Assembly: GCA_040005125.1 (NCBI GenBank)
Contig: JBDTZL010000016.1
Location: forward strand, 3,495 to 67,494
DNA length: 64,000 bases
Source of the DNA: Ginsengibacter sp.
GTDB lineage: Bacteria; Bacteroidota; Bacteroidia; Chitinophagales; Chitinophagaceae
Direction: 5' to 3'
Numbering within the stretch: the stretch's first letter is position 1; the number at the start of each line of letters is the position of its first letter. The position numbers and the translations under genes are program-made. The notes beneath the pieces are model-generated. The model saw only the letters and a list, made by a program, of their open reading frames with translations. It searched no databases and was not told the origin of the DNA. Shown here piece by piece: positions 31,088 to 41,657 of the stretch.

Positions 31088-32189
31088 ATGGCTGCTATAA
31101 AATTAACTGCTTTTGTCATTTTGTTTTTTTTCCTGTTTGTACAATGTGGCCATAATAATAAATTGCACAAACAGGATGTAAGTGTTGTAAAGGGATTGAA
31201 AGATTATTATGAAAATTATTTTCGAATAGGCGTTGCCGTTACCCCTGGAAATTTATCAGGAAATGAAAGCAACCTGATGCTAGGGGAATTTAACAGCCTT
31301 ACTCCCGAAAATGCCATGAAGATGGGGCCTATTCATCCAAAAGAGAATGAATATTTCTGGACGGATGCAGATAGCATTGTAAATTTTGCACAGCATCACG
31401 GATTAAAAGTTCGCGGGCATAATTTATGCTGGCATGAGCAAACACCCGGCTGGCTATTTAAAGGCAGCAACGGTAAATTGGTTACTAAAAGATGTTTTAT
31501 TAAAAAGATTGAGAGACCACATTACTACTGTTGTCAGCCGCTACAAGGGAAAAATTTATGCATGGGATGTCGTAAATGAGGCACTTGATGATGACAGTAC
31601 AAAATTTCTGAGAAACTCGATATGGTACCAGGTGTGCGGAGAAGATTTTATCATAAAGGCTTTTGAATACGCACATGAAGCCGATCCGGAAGCCATTCTT
31701 TTTTATAATGATTATAATACAGAGCGCCCTGAAAAGAGGGAAAGGGTTTATAAACTTTTAAAACAATTGGTGGATGCAAAAGTGCCGGTTAATGCTGTGG
31801 GACTGCAGGGCCATTGGAGTATTTATGAACCAATAGAAAAGGAATTAACTGAAACAATTGAAAAATTTTCTTCACTTGGACTAAAAATTCAGATCACAGA
31901 ACTCGACATATCTGTTTATCCCCGGGAGAAAAACAGGAGAGAAAAGCAGGCAACAGATTCAGATGCTTACACGCCCGCGATTGAAAAACAACAGGCAGAT
32001 CAATATAAAAAAATATTTAAGATTTTTCGTGACTATAAAAATGTAATTACCGGTGTAACATTCTGGAACCTATCTGATAAAAATACCTGGTTGGATAAGT
32101 ATCCGGTTCCGGGCAGAAAGAATTATCCTTTGCTGTTCGATGTAAACCTGTAGCCTAAGAAAGCTTATTGGGAAGTCGTGAAATTTTAA
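31088..32189 (+). pseudogene. Endo-1,4-beta-xylanase GH10, frameshifted and carrying a premature amber stop
   Basis: TPENAMK and RGH.L.WH lie in the first frame; WDVVNE, YNDYN and ITELD in the second. Extra A at 31487-31490. TAG at 32151-32153 is followed in frame by PKKAYWEVVKF*. Confidence 0.85.
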
Positions 32190-32651
32190 ATGATGACATT
32201 GATATGAAAAAAAGAGGGGTATGTTGATTTTCAAAAATCAAAATGATTTTTATTTTTTATCCGGCCAGTTGAAAATAATAGGCTGCTTTTGGAGTTATAT
32301 AACCAGGTGATGAGAGCGGTGGCAGAATGGAATGCAGCAATCGCAAAAACTCCCCGATGAGACCAAGGGAATGAATTTAAAGGCTTTTTTACTGGTTTGA
32401 ATGTAAAGGCAACGATAAATTTTAAATAAAATATGGTATGACCCAACTATTTTTCCTCTAAGTATCTCTTAAACAGGGCAGGCTATTTAACTTAAGAAGA
32501 CAGGAAAAAATTAAATTTGCAAGCTTTTAATTAATATGAATTGATTCTCCCGGGGACAGGGAGAATTTTCCGGATGGATTTTGTGACATAATTTTACAGT
32601 GCTAATGTTAATACCTGCCCGTCTATAAAAAAAATCATACCATATAGTTTT

Positions 32652-35132
32652 TTGTGTGTTCTTCTTTTTGCCATGTATGGTAAAACTTATGCGCAGGACC
32701 GTATAATAACGGGCCGGGTTACAGATGCCAAAACAAAGCTCCCCCTAGTTTCCTGCAGTATTTATTCTCTTAATTCCGGTAACGGGGTTATTACTGATGA
32801 GAATGGAAAATTTACTTTCCCTGTAAGCGATAGAACAGATTCAATCGCCATTTCAATGATTGGCTATAAAACAGTTTCAAAGGCAGTATCCAAAGCTCCG
32901 GAACAGGTTATCAACTTTGAGGCACAACCCGCTTCGGGCTCAATGGCGGAAGTAGTGGTATCTGTCAAATCGAGATATACGAAAGCACAAAGGCTGATCC
33001 TTAAGGTGATAAAAAATAAGGATAGGAATGATGCTTTTAACAATAAAACCTTTGAGTGCCAGGTATATGATAAGGTTGAAGTGGATCTAAAGAATATTCC
33101 TGAAAAGATACAAAACAACAGGTTAATGAAACCCCTGGCTTTTGCATTCAATAACATGGATACAACACCGGACCATGAAAAGATATTGCCGGTGTATTTA
33201 TCAGAGACCAATTCAAATTATTACTACAGGAAAAATCCTGAAAAGGACAGGTATGATTATACCGCTATTAAAAGCTCGGGACTCGATAATCAATCTATTT
33301 TGACTTATGTGGATGGCCTTTACAAAAAAATAAATATTTATAACAATAATATAAAGCTGGCTGATGTGAATTTCGTAAGCCCGATTTCAGACAATGCGTT
33401 AAGTTTTTATGATTATCACATTTTGGATACTGTTTTTTTTGGCAATCACCGTTGTATACAGGTCCAGTTTTCACCATTACATTTCGGTAGTAATACATTC
33501 AATGGTTATTTATGGATTGCAGATACTTCGTTTGCAATAAAGTCCCTTGTTATGCATATGGACAAAAATGCCAACATAAACTTTGTAAACAAATTTGAAA
33601 TATCACAATTCTATGAACCAAATGACCAAAATAAATTTTTACCCGAAAAAAACATTTTATATATTGACCTCGTTGTACCTATAAAGAAGAAGACCGGTGT
33701 TATAGCTACAAAAACCACGTTGTATAAAAATATAATTCTGAATAATGAATTTATTGATACTGCATTTGATAAAAAATTAATCCTCGTTTCTGCTTTTGCT
33801 AACGATACACTTAACAGGGCGCCCATTCAAAGATTTGAACCATTGAGCAAATCCGAGAATTCTATTTACCTGCTGATGGATACGCTTACCAAAATACCCG
33901 CAGTAGTAACCTATGGTAAAATTATTTCTGCTTTGACTACCGGTTATTATACGGTAGGGCCTATTGATCTTGGAAGCATTTATTACATATATACCAATAA
34001 TATAGTAGAGGGAAACCGGTTTACTTTCGGGTTGCAAACCAATCCACGCTTTAACCGCCATATTCAACTTCGTGGTTATGCAGGTTATGCCACACTGGAT
34101 AAGCAATTCAGGTATTTCCTGCATTCGACATTTGTATTAAATCCTAGAAAATGGACCACCTTAAACCTGGAAGTTAGCAGTGACCTTACCGGTACTTACG
34201 ACCACAATGATGAACTGGACCAAAATTCAATATTTGCTTCTTTTTTAAGAAGAGTGAAATACTCTCAAACAAGGCTTATTAACAGTAAATATGTGCAGGC
34301 TTCCTGGCAGAAATATTTTACTAACGATATCGCCATAGGTGCAGCAGTTAACCACAATATACTTACTCCTTTTTTTGATGTGTTTTATACGCACAATGAT
34401 TTTAAGCCGTACGTGAATAATATTTCTGAAGCAAATAATTATACAGTAAGTGAAGCAGTTTTATCTCTGCGCTTTTCTCATAAAGAGAAATTTATTACAC
34501 AACATTACGTAAGAGGAAGCCTTGGAAGTAATTACCCCATTATAACACTTAGTTATACAAAAGGACTAAAAGTGAATGATGGTTTATTTAAAAGTGATTT
34601 TGAATTTAGTAAATGGAATTTTTATCTTCAGCATGATTTTACTGACGGGAGAATTGGCCAGCTATCTTACACTATAGATGCGGGATTAACCAACGGGGTG
34701 CTTCCTATAGTTTTACTGAATGTACTCAAGGGAAATGATACTTATTATTACAATAAGTATGCTTTCAATAATATGAACCGGTTCGAATTTGCAACTGATA
34801 AATATGTAAGCCTCGCTGTTCAGCAGTCTTTCGGGAGCTTTCCATTCAAATATTTTCCCTTATTAAAAAGATTAAAGTGGCGTTCACTGGTTACATTCAG
34901 GGGAGTTATAGGAGGAATGTCGGAGGCCAATAAAATTGCTAACGGATATTACGACACTACGATAAATTATCATTTTACAATTCCTGATAAAGTCCCTTAT
35001 ATTGAATCAGGAGTTGGGATAGATAATATTTTTCATTTACTAAGAATTGATGCCGTGTGGAGAATGAATTATTTAAATAATCCCGGCATACCGAAATTTG
35101 GAATTAAAGGGAGTATAGATGTGAAGTTTTAA
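32652..35132 (+). CDS. DUF5686 / carboxypeptidase-regulatory-like domain outer-membrane protein
   Basis: N-terminal G.V.D..T..PL...SI domain, FVSPISDNA, N.VEG.R and PY.E.GVGI.NIF..LRID motifs, terminal F. TAAATTTG promoter at 32512-32519. Confidence 0.8.
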   Translation: MCVLLFAMYGKTYAQDRIITGRVTDAKTKLPLVSCSIYSLNSGNGVITDENGKFTFPVSDRTDSIAISMIGYKTVSKAVSKAPEQVINFEAQPASGSMAEVVVSVKSRYTKAQRLILKVIKNKDRNDAFNNKTFECQVYDKVEVDLKNIPEKIQNNRLMKPLAFAFNNMDTTPDHEKILPVYLSETNSNYYYRKNPEKDRYDYTAIKSSGLDNQSILTYVDGLYKKINIYNNNIKLADVNFVSPISDNALSFYDYHILDTVFFGNHRCIQVQFSPLHFGSNTFNGYLWIADTSFAIKSLVMHMDKNANINFVNKFEISQFYEPNDQNKFLPEKNILYIDLVVPIKKKTGVIATKTTLYKNIILNNEFIDTAFDKKLILVSAFANDTLNRAPIQRFEPLSKSENSIYLLMDTLTKIPAVVTYGKIISALTTGYYTVGPIDLGSIYYIYTNNIVEGNRFTFGLQTNPRFNRHIQLRGYAGYATLDKQFRYFLHSTFVLNPRKWTTLNLEVSSDLTGTYDHNDELDQNSIFASFLRRVKYSQTRLINSKYVQASWQKYFTNDIAIGAAVNHNILTPFFDVFYTHNDFKPYVNNISEANNYTVSEAVLSLRFSHKEKFITQHYVRGSLGSNYPIITLSYTKGLKVNDGLFKSDFEFSKWNFYLQHDFTDGRIGQLSYTIDAGLTNGVLPIVLLNVLKGNDTYYYNKYAFNNMNRFEFATDKYVSLAVQQSFGSFPFKYFPLLKRLKWRSLVTFRGVIGGMSEANKIANGYYDTTINYHFTIPDKVPYIESGVGIDNIFHLLRIDAVWRMNYLNNPGIPKFGIKGSIDVKF

Positions 35133-35141
35133 TACAAAGTA

Positions 35142-35348
35142 ATGTGCGATGCGGGATGTGCGGTGTGAAAAAATGTACGATGTACGATGTGAAGTTGGCA
35201 GCCATGTAAGATGTTTGATGTATTGACTCATCAGCAATTATAAGGTAACCTAAAAAATTTTAGCAAAAGGAGTGTAAATCCTTAATGGGAGGAGTGCATG
35301 AACCTTGTACTTCAAACATCGTACATCTAACATCGTACATCGTACATT
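35142..35348. repeat. Inverted heptamer (ATGTACG) repeat arrays
   Basis: AATGTACGATGTACGATGT (35172-35190) is the exact reverse complement of 35330-35348; degenerate heptamers flank both arms. Confidence 0.7.
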
Positions 35349-35359
35349 GACCATGGGCT

Positions 35360-36025
35360 TCACCTTTTTAATTCAAACAATCTCTCCTTTTCAATAAAAA
35401 CTATTTCCATCGGGAAAATTTGTGATGTTGTACTTTTTGTAGAAAACCAGACCCTGTTTTCAGGAACGATGACAAATAGTCCTTCATCGTTTCCAAGAGC
35501 CCTGAAGTGCGGCAGTGGGGGTTGTTTATCGAAATAAGAAAGCGGGTATTGCTTCAGTAAGTGATTTACATCGCTGTCAAAACTTTGTAGAGGAAACACC
35601 AACCCGATTTCACTCACATTACGGACATGCGTAGACGAAAATTTTTCATCGGCGTTATCATTTAAATCAAACCTTGCAATGAACTCAAGAATATTTCCGG
35701 CCGGGTCAATGAAGTAAAAAGATTTTGCGTGCCAGTTGGTAAAATCAGCAACGTAACTTTTATAGTCATTCAGCCACAATAGTTCCACCTTTTTCTGTAT
35801 CCATTCAAATGCTTCTTCGAATTTGTTGGAAGGAATATTAAAAGCTAAGTGATAGAAGGGATTTCCTGGTGCGGTTGTATTATCAAAAATTATTTGAGAT
35901 GTACCAGCCATGACAGCAATGCCATTACTACCTGATTGCATGACAGGTAGTTCTAAAATCTCCTTATAAAAATTAAATAAGGCCGAAGGCTTCCTGGCTT
36001 GTAATCTTATTTCTTTTAAAAGCAT
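35360..36025 (-). CDS. VOC/glyoxalase family protein
   Basis: FY..ILEL, FYHLAFNIP and SFYFIDPAGNILEFIAR motifs. Confidence 0.85.
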   Translation of the reverse strand: MLLKEIRLQARKPSALFNFYKEILELPVMQSGSNGIAVMAGTSQIIFDNTTAPGNPFYHLAFNIPSNKFEEAFEWIQKKVELLWLNDYKSYVADFTNWHAKSFYFIDPAGNILEFIARFDLNDNADEKFSSTHVRNVSEIGLVFPLQSFDSDVNHLLKQYPLSYFDKQPPLPHFRALGNDEGLFVIVPENRVWFSTKSTTSQIFPMEIVFIEKERLFELKR

Positions 36026-36163
36026 ACAGAAGCTTTAAGCACACTGCCGGTTCATAAAAAAATTTCTGCACAAATTTTATTATTAGAGACTATCACAATG
36101 CTGGTAATTAACGGATAAGAGCATCAATATCATTGATACAAGGCATCTGATTTATCTCCGGAA

Positions 36164-36964
36164 TCAGGTTATAGAACTTTTAGTTTCCTCTTTTTTTGAC
36201 TCTTCATGCATTTTCATAAATGGCTTTAATATATCAATGGGTACCGGAAAAATAGTAGTTGAATTATTTTCAGTTGCAATTTCGCGTAAGGTTTGCAGGT
36301 ACCGTAATGTTAATGCACTCGGCTGCTCGCTTAAAATTTTTGCAGCGTCACTAAGGCGTTGCGAGGCCTGGAACTCGCCTTCTGCAGAAATTACTTTAGC
36401 CCTGCGTTCCCTTTCTGCCTCCGCCTGCTTGGCCATCGCCCGCTGCATTTCCTGGGGAAGGTCTATTTGTTTTACTTCCACATGAGTAACTTTTACTCCC
36501 CATGGTTCCGTTTGCAGATCGATAATTTGCTGCAGCCTGATATTTATTTTTTCTCTTTGGGAAAGAAGTTCATCAAGTTCTGACTGACCCAATACACTTC
36601 TTAAAGTGGTTTGTGAAAGTTGTGAAGTACCAACTAAATAATTTTCTATTTCCACGATTGCTTTTTGGGGATCAATAACCCTAAAATAAATTACTGCATT
36701 TACTTTTATTGAAACGTTATCCTGGGTAATAACATCCTGCGGGGGAACATCCATAACTACGGTACGCAAAGTTACTTTTACCATTTTGTCGATGATAGGT
36801 ATCAACAAAATAAGGCCCGGCCCTTTTACGCCGCCATTAAGCACCCTTCCCAGCCTGAATATTACACCACGCTCGTATTCACGGAGAATACGGATGGCAC
36901 TGGCAAGTATATAAAGGACAAATACAATTACGATTACGAGTACTAACGGAAACTGTTGTGGCAT
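36164..36964 (-). CDS. SPFH/stomatin (slipin) family protein
   Basis: [21 protein letters not shown] and [14 protein letters not shown] motifs; downstream of NfeD. Confidence 0.92.
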   Translation of the reverse strand: MPQQFPLVLVIVIVFVLYILASAIRILREYERGVIFRLGRVLNGGVKGPGLILLIPIIDKMVKVTLRTVVMDVPPQDVITQDNVSIKVNAVIYFRVIDPQKAIVEIENYLVGTSQLSQTTLRSVLGQSELDELLSQREKINIRLQQIIDLQTEPWGVKVTHVEVKQIDLPQEMQRAMAKQAEAERERRAKVISAEGEFQASQRLSDAAKILSEQPSALTLRYLQTLREIATENNSTTIFPVPIDILKPFMKMHEESKKEETKSSIT

Positions 36965-37130
36965 AGCTGGTTTTTTATTTAATTGATAAAATATTTATAT
37001 GAGCCGGATCAATTTAAGTTTGTTATGTTGCAACTCTATTAACAGCAAGAGAGATAGCCACGGATTAAATAAAAAGAAGCCACGAATTGCACAAATTTTC
37101 ACGAACCTGGTATGAATGTTAACATGCAAT

Positions 37131-38402
37131 TTATACCTGTTCAACGTATAATGTAAGATTTTTTATGTCTTTCACAATAATATTTTCCCCGGGGTTTAGT
37201 TTTCCTGAAAGAGATTCTGCATTCCACATTTCACCATTTACTTTCACAAGCCCCTGTGGATCCAATAAGCTAATGACCTCTCCCTTTTTACCGATGAAAG
37301 CTTTGATGCCGGTAGATGGTTTGGAGCGTTGCGCCTTTAATCCCATGCCTATTACAAAAAGAAAAAATAAAGCGGTTAGCAAAGTGGTGGCCGTTATTAA
37401 AGTCCACGAAATGGCTACAAAATTTTCTGTCGGGCTGCTGCGAAATAAAAACAAAGAGCCTAATAGAACAGATACCAGGCCACCAATAGTTAACAGCCCA
37501 TGACTAATTATTTTTATTTCAAGTAAAAAGAGGATGATGCCAAAAATAATTAAAAATAATCCCGCATAATTAACAGGCATACTGCTCATTGAATAAAATG
37601 CAAAAATGAGGGATATAACACCAACGATGCCTGGAAATATCGCACCGGGATTAAAGAGTTCAAATAATATTCCATAGAACCCGATCATCATTAACAAATA
37701 AGCAATATTAGGATCACTTAACCTGTCAAGAACTTTTTGAAAGAATCCCATTTCCTCTGATTCGATAACTGCGTTTTTAGTTTGCAGTATTTTAATACCC
37801 CCATTTACTTCCATCTTTTTTCCATCAATCTGAATAAGAAGTTCGCGGTCGTCGTTAGCAATATAATCAATTACATTTTTTTCAATGGCTTCCTCTTCAG
37901 TGATTGAAACACTGTTTCGCACTGCATCTTCGGCCCATTCAATATTTCGTTTTCTTTTTTCGGCAATAGTTCTTATAAAAGCTGCAGCATCATTGGTTCC
38001 TTTTGCATTCATGATGGTGTCAGGCATTCCCTGTAACGACACCGGGTGTGCTGCGCCGATATTTGTTCCGGGGGCCATTGCTGCAACATTTGCGGCCAGC
38101 GTAATGAAAACGCCTGCAGAACCGGCATGTGAACCAGCCGGGTAAACATACACAATTATGGGTACTGTTGATTTGAGCATATCGCTCACAATACCTCTTG
38201 TGGATGTTAATAAGCCTCCCGGGGTATTGAGATGTATCAAAAGACATTCAGCCTTTTCATTTTCAGCTTTTTCGATGGCTTTATGGATATATTCAGCAGA
38301 TGCAGGATTAATGCCGCCGTCAACTTTTATCGAAACAACTTTTTGAGCGACAAGCAATGCCGGAACAAAAAAACACGCAGCCAAAAATATTAATCGCTTC
38401 AT
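37131..38402 (-). CDS. nfeD: NfeD family membrane-bound serine protease
   Basis: LNTPGG, AGSAG, MAPGTNIGAAHPV, TM bundle and C-terminal OB fold (V.V.GE.W.A); ATG at 38402. Confidence 0.9.
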   Translation of the reverse strand: MKRLIFLAACFFVPALLVAQKVVSIKVDGGINPASAEYIHKAIEKAENEKAECLLIHLNTPGGLLTSTRGIVSDMLKSTVPIIVYVYPAGSHAGSAGVFITLAANVAAMAPGTNIGAAHPVSLQGMPDTIMNAKGTNDAAAFIRTIAEKRKRNIEWAEDAVRNSVSITEEEAIEKNVIDYIANDDRELLIQIDGKKMEVNGGIKILQTKNAVIESEEMGFFQKVLDRLSDPNIAYLLMMIGFYGILFELFNPGAIFPGIVGVISLIFAFYSMSSMPVNYAGLFLIIFGIILFLLEIKIISHGLLTIGGLVSVLLGSLFLFRSSPTENFVAISWTLITATTLLTALFFLFVIGMGLKAQRSKPSTGIKAFIGKKGEVISLLDPQGLVKVNGEMWNAESLSGKLNPGENIIVKDIKNLTLYVEQV

Positions 38403-38535
38403 TAAATTATTTCCCCGGGATGAGAATTTATCGTAAGGACACTGTAATTTACCTAAAACAGCAGGCAAAACAAAAATTAAGTACACGCAAAGAAAGATAT
38501 TATGATTTTATTGCAGGAGTTTGTCCGCCGGTTCA

Positions 38536-39654
38536 TTACGATGTCTTTTTATAATTCCAAACTGCCCAGCTGTTTAATACAATTGCAAATAACATAATAA
38601 CATACAAATGATATTGTACATCTTTAATTCCGCTTCCTTTTAATATGATCATTCGCATTACATCTATCAGGTAACTCACAGGGTTAAATTTTGTAATAAC
38701 CTTTGCCCAATCAGGCATGCTGTCGATGGGAGTAAATAAGCCGCCCATCAGAATAAATATCATTAAAAAGAAGAAGGCTATAAACATGGCTTGTTGCTGG
38801 GTATCACAGAAAGTAGAGATCAACAGGCCTAATCCCAGAACTGCCAAAAGATAAACAGCTACAAAACCATAGAGCAAAACAATACTTCCTAAAGGGATAA
38901 TTGCATATACAAATCGTGAAACCATCAATCCAAGTGTAAAGACTATCAAACCCAAAACCCAGAACGGGATAAGTTTGCCTAAAATAAAATGATACTTTTT
39001 TATGGGCGTTACATTTATTTGCTCAATAGTGCCTATTTCCTTTTCCTTCACAATATTTAATGCCGAAAGGTAGCCCCCGATAAGAGTTACTAAAATGGCC
39101 AGGATGCCAGGCACCATAAAAATGTGGTAATTCATTAGTGGGTTAAACCAATTGGATGAAGTGACCTCAATTGTTGGTGCGATATTAAATTTGCCAGGCG
39201 CCATTAATTGCACACGGATATCGTTATTAAAATTGCGGATGATTGTATTTAAATATGCGCCGCCGAGGCTTGCTTTTGTTCCATTGATTGCATTGATGGC
39301 AACAAATAATTTCTGTTCGCTATCCCTTATCAAATTCTGTTCAAAGCCATGTGGAATTTCCAATACCAGATCGGCATTATCTGCTTCGATTAATTTAAAA
39401 GCATCTGTAAAAGAAGTGTTGGAACCCGTTAACCTGTAATATCCTGAAGCAGTAATTTTTGAAATTAATTTTTGTGAATAATCTGAATGATCGTTATCTA
39501 CTACAGAAAGATTAATATTCTTTACTTCATAATTAGCCGCCAGTGGTAATATTAATAACTGCACTATCGGGGCTACCAGTATAATAGCAACTATTGCTTT
39601 GTTTCTGAATATTTGCCTGAATTCCTTTTGCAATAAAAACTTTATGGTTCTCAT
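38536..39654 (-). CDS. ABC-2 transporter permease (YbhR-like)
   Basis: KEFRQIFR, VPGIL and VKEKEIGTIEQI.VTP motifs. Confidence 0.88.
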   Translation of the reverse strand: MRTIKFLLQKEFRQIFRNKAIVAIILVAPIVQLLILPLAANYEVKNINLSVVDNDHSDYSQKLISKITASGYYRLTGSNTSFTDAFKLIEADNADLVLEIPHGFEQNLIRDSEQKLFVAINAINGTKASLGGAYLNTIIRNFNNDIRVQLMAPGKFNIAPTIEVTSSNWFNPLMNYHIFMVPGILAILVTLIGGYLSALNIVKEKEIGTIEQINVTPIKKYHFILGKLIPFWVLGLIVFTLGLMVSRFVYAIIPLGSIVLLYGFVAVYLLAVLGLGLLISTFCDTQQQAMFIAFFFLMIFILMGGLFTPIDSMPDWAKVITKFNPVSYLIDVMRMIILKGSGIKDVQYHLYVIMLFAIVLNSWAVWNYKKTS

Positions 39655-40757
39655 GCCAGTCGGATTTTAAAATTTTTGATACTGACAGCAACAAGGAAAA
39701 TGGTTAGTCCCAATAAAGTGGCTGTTTCTTTCCATATAGCCATAAAGCCTAGGCCTTTAATCATGATTGATTTTACAATAATATAAAACCATTTTGCAGG
39801 AATTACATTTGAAATTACCCGTAAAGGCCATGGCATATTTTCAATAGGAAACATAAAGCCGCTAAAAAGAATGGTAGGCAGCAGCATGCCCAATAAGGAA
39901 ATCAACATGGCGATCTGCTGCGATTCGGTTTTAATAGAGATCAGCAGGCCTAAAGAGAGGCAGGTAATAATGAATAATGTGCTTTCAGCAAATAATAAAA
40001 ATACACTTCCATTGATTGGAAGATCCAGTACAAAAACACTTAATAACAAAATGGTAGTAACATTCACCAAAGAAAGTATCAGGTAAGGAACAGCCTTTGA
40101 TATAATAACTAATATCGGCTTGAAGGGTGATACCAGTAAAATTTCCATCGTACCTGTTTCCTTTTCCTTTACAATGGAAATGGCTGTCATCATTACGCAC
40201 ACCATCATTAACACCAGTGCCATCACTCCCGGAACAAAATTCTGAACTCCTTTTAATTGCGGGTTATACAGCATTCTTGTTTCAGGTATAATGCGGTACG
40301 GCATCAGGTGCGTTCCATTAAGTTCCGTTTGATAATCGGTTATTATTGTTGAAAGATAATTGGTGAGCGTATTGGCCATATTTGGATCAGAAGCGTCGGC
40401 AATGATCTGTATGGTTGCCATGTTTTGATGAACCAGGTCATTATTGAAATTTTCAGGAAACACCACTGCCAGTTTAATTTTGCCTTCTTTAAATGCGTCA
40501 TAAATTTCTTCAGGCCCCATTACCGATTTTTCAATTTCAAAATATTTGCTCGCTCCTATTTTGGTAATGATCTCCTGGCTGGCCACATCTTTTGCATAAT
40601 CCACTATTATTATTTTTGAGTTCTTCACTTCGTTGGTAAGGGCAAAGCCAAATATCATGATCTGCACCACAGGCAATCCAAAAAGGATCAGCAATGTTTT
40701 CCTGTCGCGCAACACGTGTGCGAATTCTTTTTTTACAAATGTTATAAATTGTTTCAT
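39651..40757 (-). CDS. ABC-2 transporter permease (YbhS-like)
   Basis: KEF.HVLRD, YNPQL, VKEKETGTME.LLVSP and SGFMFPIENMP motifs. Confidence 0.88.
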   Translation of the reverse strand: MKQFITFVKKEFAHVLRDRKTLLILFGLPVVQIMIFGFALTNEVKNSKIIIVDYAKDVASQEIITKIGASKYFEIEKSVMGPEEIYDAFKEGKIKLAVVFPENFNNDLVHQNMATIQIIADASDPNMANTLTNYLSTIITDYQTELNGTHLMPYRIIPETRMLYNPQLKGVQNFVPGVMALVLMMVCVMMTAISIVKEKETGTMEILLVSPFKPILVIISKAVPYLILSLVNVTTILLLSVFVLDLPINGSVFLLFAESTLFIITCLSLGLLISIKTESQQIAMLISLLGMLLPTILFSGFMFPIENMPWPLRVISNVIPAKWFYIIVKSIMIKGLGFMAIWKETATLLGLTIFLVAVSIKNFKIRLA

Positions 40758-40766
40758 AATTTTTGG

Positions 40767-40798
40767 CCTCGCCCCAGCCCCTCCCCGAAAGAGAGGGA
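40767..40798. repeat. CCTC.CCCC..CCCTCCCC-type short hairpin repeat
   Basis: CCTCGCCCCAGCCCCTCCCCGAAAGAGAGGGA, a GC-rich island inside an AT-rich operon spacer. Confidence 0.5.
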
Positions 40799-40915
40799 AC
40801 TAATTTGTTTGTGTACTCGGTTCGATAATTATTTTTACGGATGTTATAAATTGTCTCATACAGGAGCTATATGTGCTTAAGTAATGCTAACATTTTTTGC
40901 CGATACTATTTTATA

Positions 40916-41656
40916 TTATTCACCTCTCTGCGCGCCCCTGGCTATTTCAAAAAACACTTCATTCATTGAACCGGCAGCAAACTGTTTTTTTAAATTAGAC
41001 GGACTATCCAATGCTTTGATACGGCCGTCCACCATGATCGAAATCCGGTCGCAGTATTCAGCTTCATCCATATAATGTGTAGTTACAAATATGGTAACAC
41101 CCTTTTCGGCTGCTTCATAAATCATATTCCAGAATTGCCGGCGCGTAACAGGATCAACACCACCTGTTGGCTCATCAAGGAAAACAATCGCAGGCTCGTG
41201 CAGTACTGCTACAGAAAAAGATAACTTTTGTTTCCATCCCAAAGGCAGCGAACCCACTAATTTTTTTGCTTCATTTTTGAGGCTTAACTGATCTATGAGC
41301 TGTTCGCTCTTAGCCCTTATCATTTTATCGCTGAGTCCATAAATGCCTCCAAAGAACTGTATATTTTCCAAAACAGTGAGGTCTTCGTATAAGGAAAACT
41401 TCTGGCTCATATAACCTATGTGCTTCTTTATCTGTTCGGTTTGTTTATATACATCAAACCCGGCAATAACTGCATTTCCTGATGATGGAGTCGACAATCC
41501 GCAAAGCATCCGCATTGCGGTGGTTTTGCCTGCCCCGTTGGCTCCAAGGAAACCGAATATCTCGCCCTTACCAACTTCAAAACTAATTTCATTGGCTGCT
41601 ATAAAACTGCCAAAGCGCTTGGTGAGTTTTTCTGTTTTTATGACTACTTCTTTCAC
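40916..41656 (-). CDS. ABC transporter ATP-binding protein
   Basis: GANGAGKT, LPLGWKQ (degenerate signature) and FLDEPT motifs. Confidence 0.9.
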   Translation of the reverse strand: MKEVVIKTEKLTKRFGSFIAANEISFEVGKGEIFGFLGANGAGKTTAMRMLCGLSTPSSGNAVIAGFDVYKQTEQIKKHIGYMSQKFSLYEDLTVLENIQFFGGIYGLSDKMIRAKSEQLIDQLSLKNEAKKLVGSLPLGWKQKLSFSVAVLHEPAIVFLDEPTGGVDPVTRRQFWNMIYEAAEKGVTIFVTTHYMDEAEYCDRISIMVDGRIKALDSPSNLKKQFAAGSMNEVFFEIARGAQRGE

Positions 41657-41657
41657 G

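Noticed and set aside
32151-32153. In-frame TAG in GH10 and TGA in the 60.2-kb remnant as signs of stop-codon recoding
   Set aside because: Intact genes in the window end normally at TAG (lspA, RidA) and TGA (MBL hydrolase, tatD), and both affected genes also carry frameshifts
32545-32555. 11-nt complementarity (TTCTCCCGGGG) between the DUF5686 5' leader and repeat 3 of the candidate sRNA
   Set aside because: One 11-mer match among many possible k-mers in 64 kb is not distinguishable from chance without conservation data
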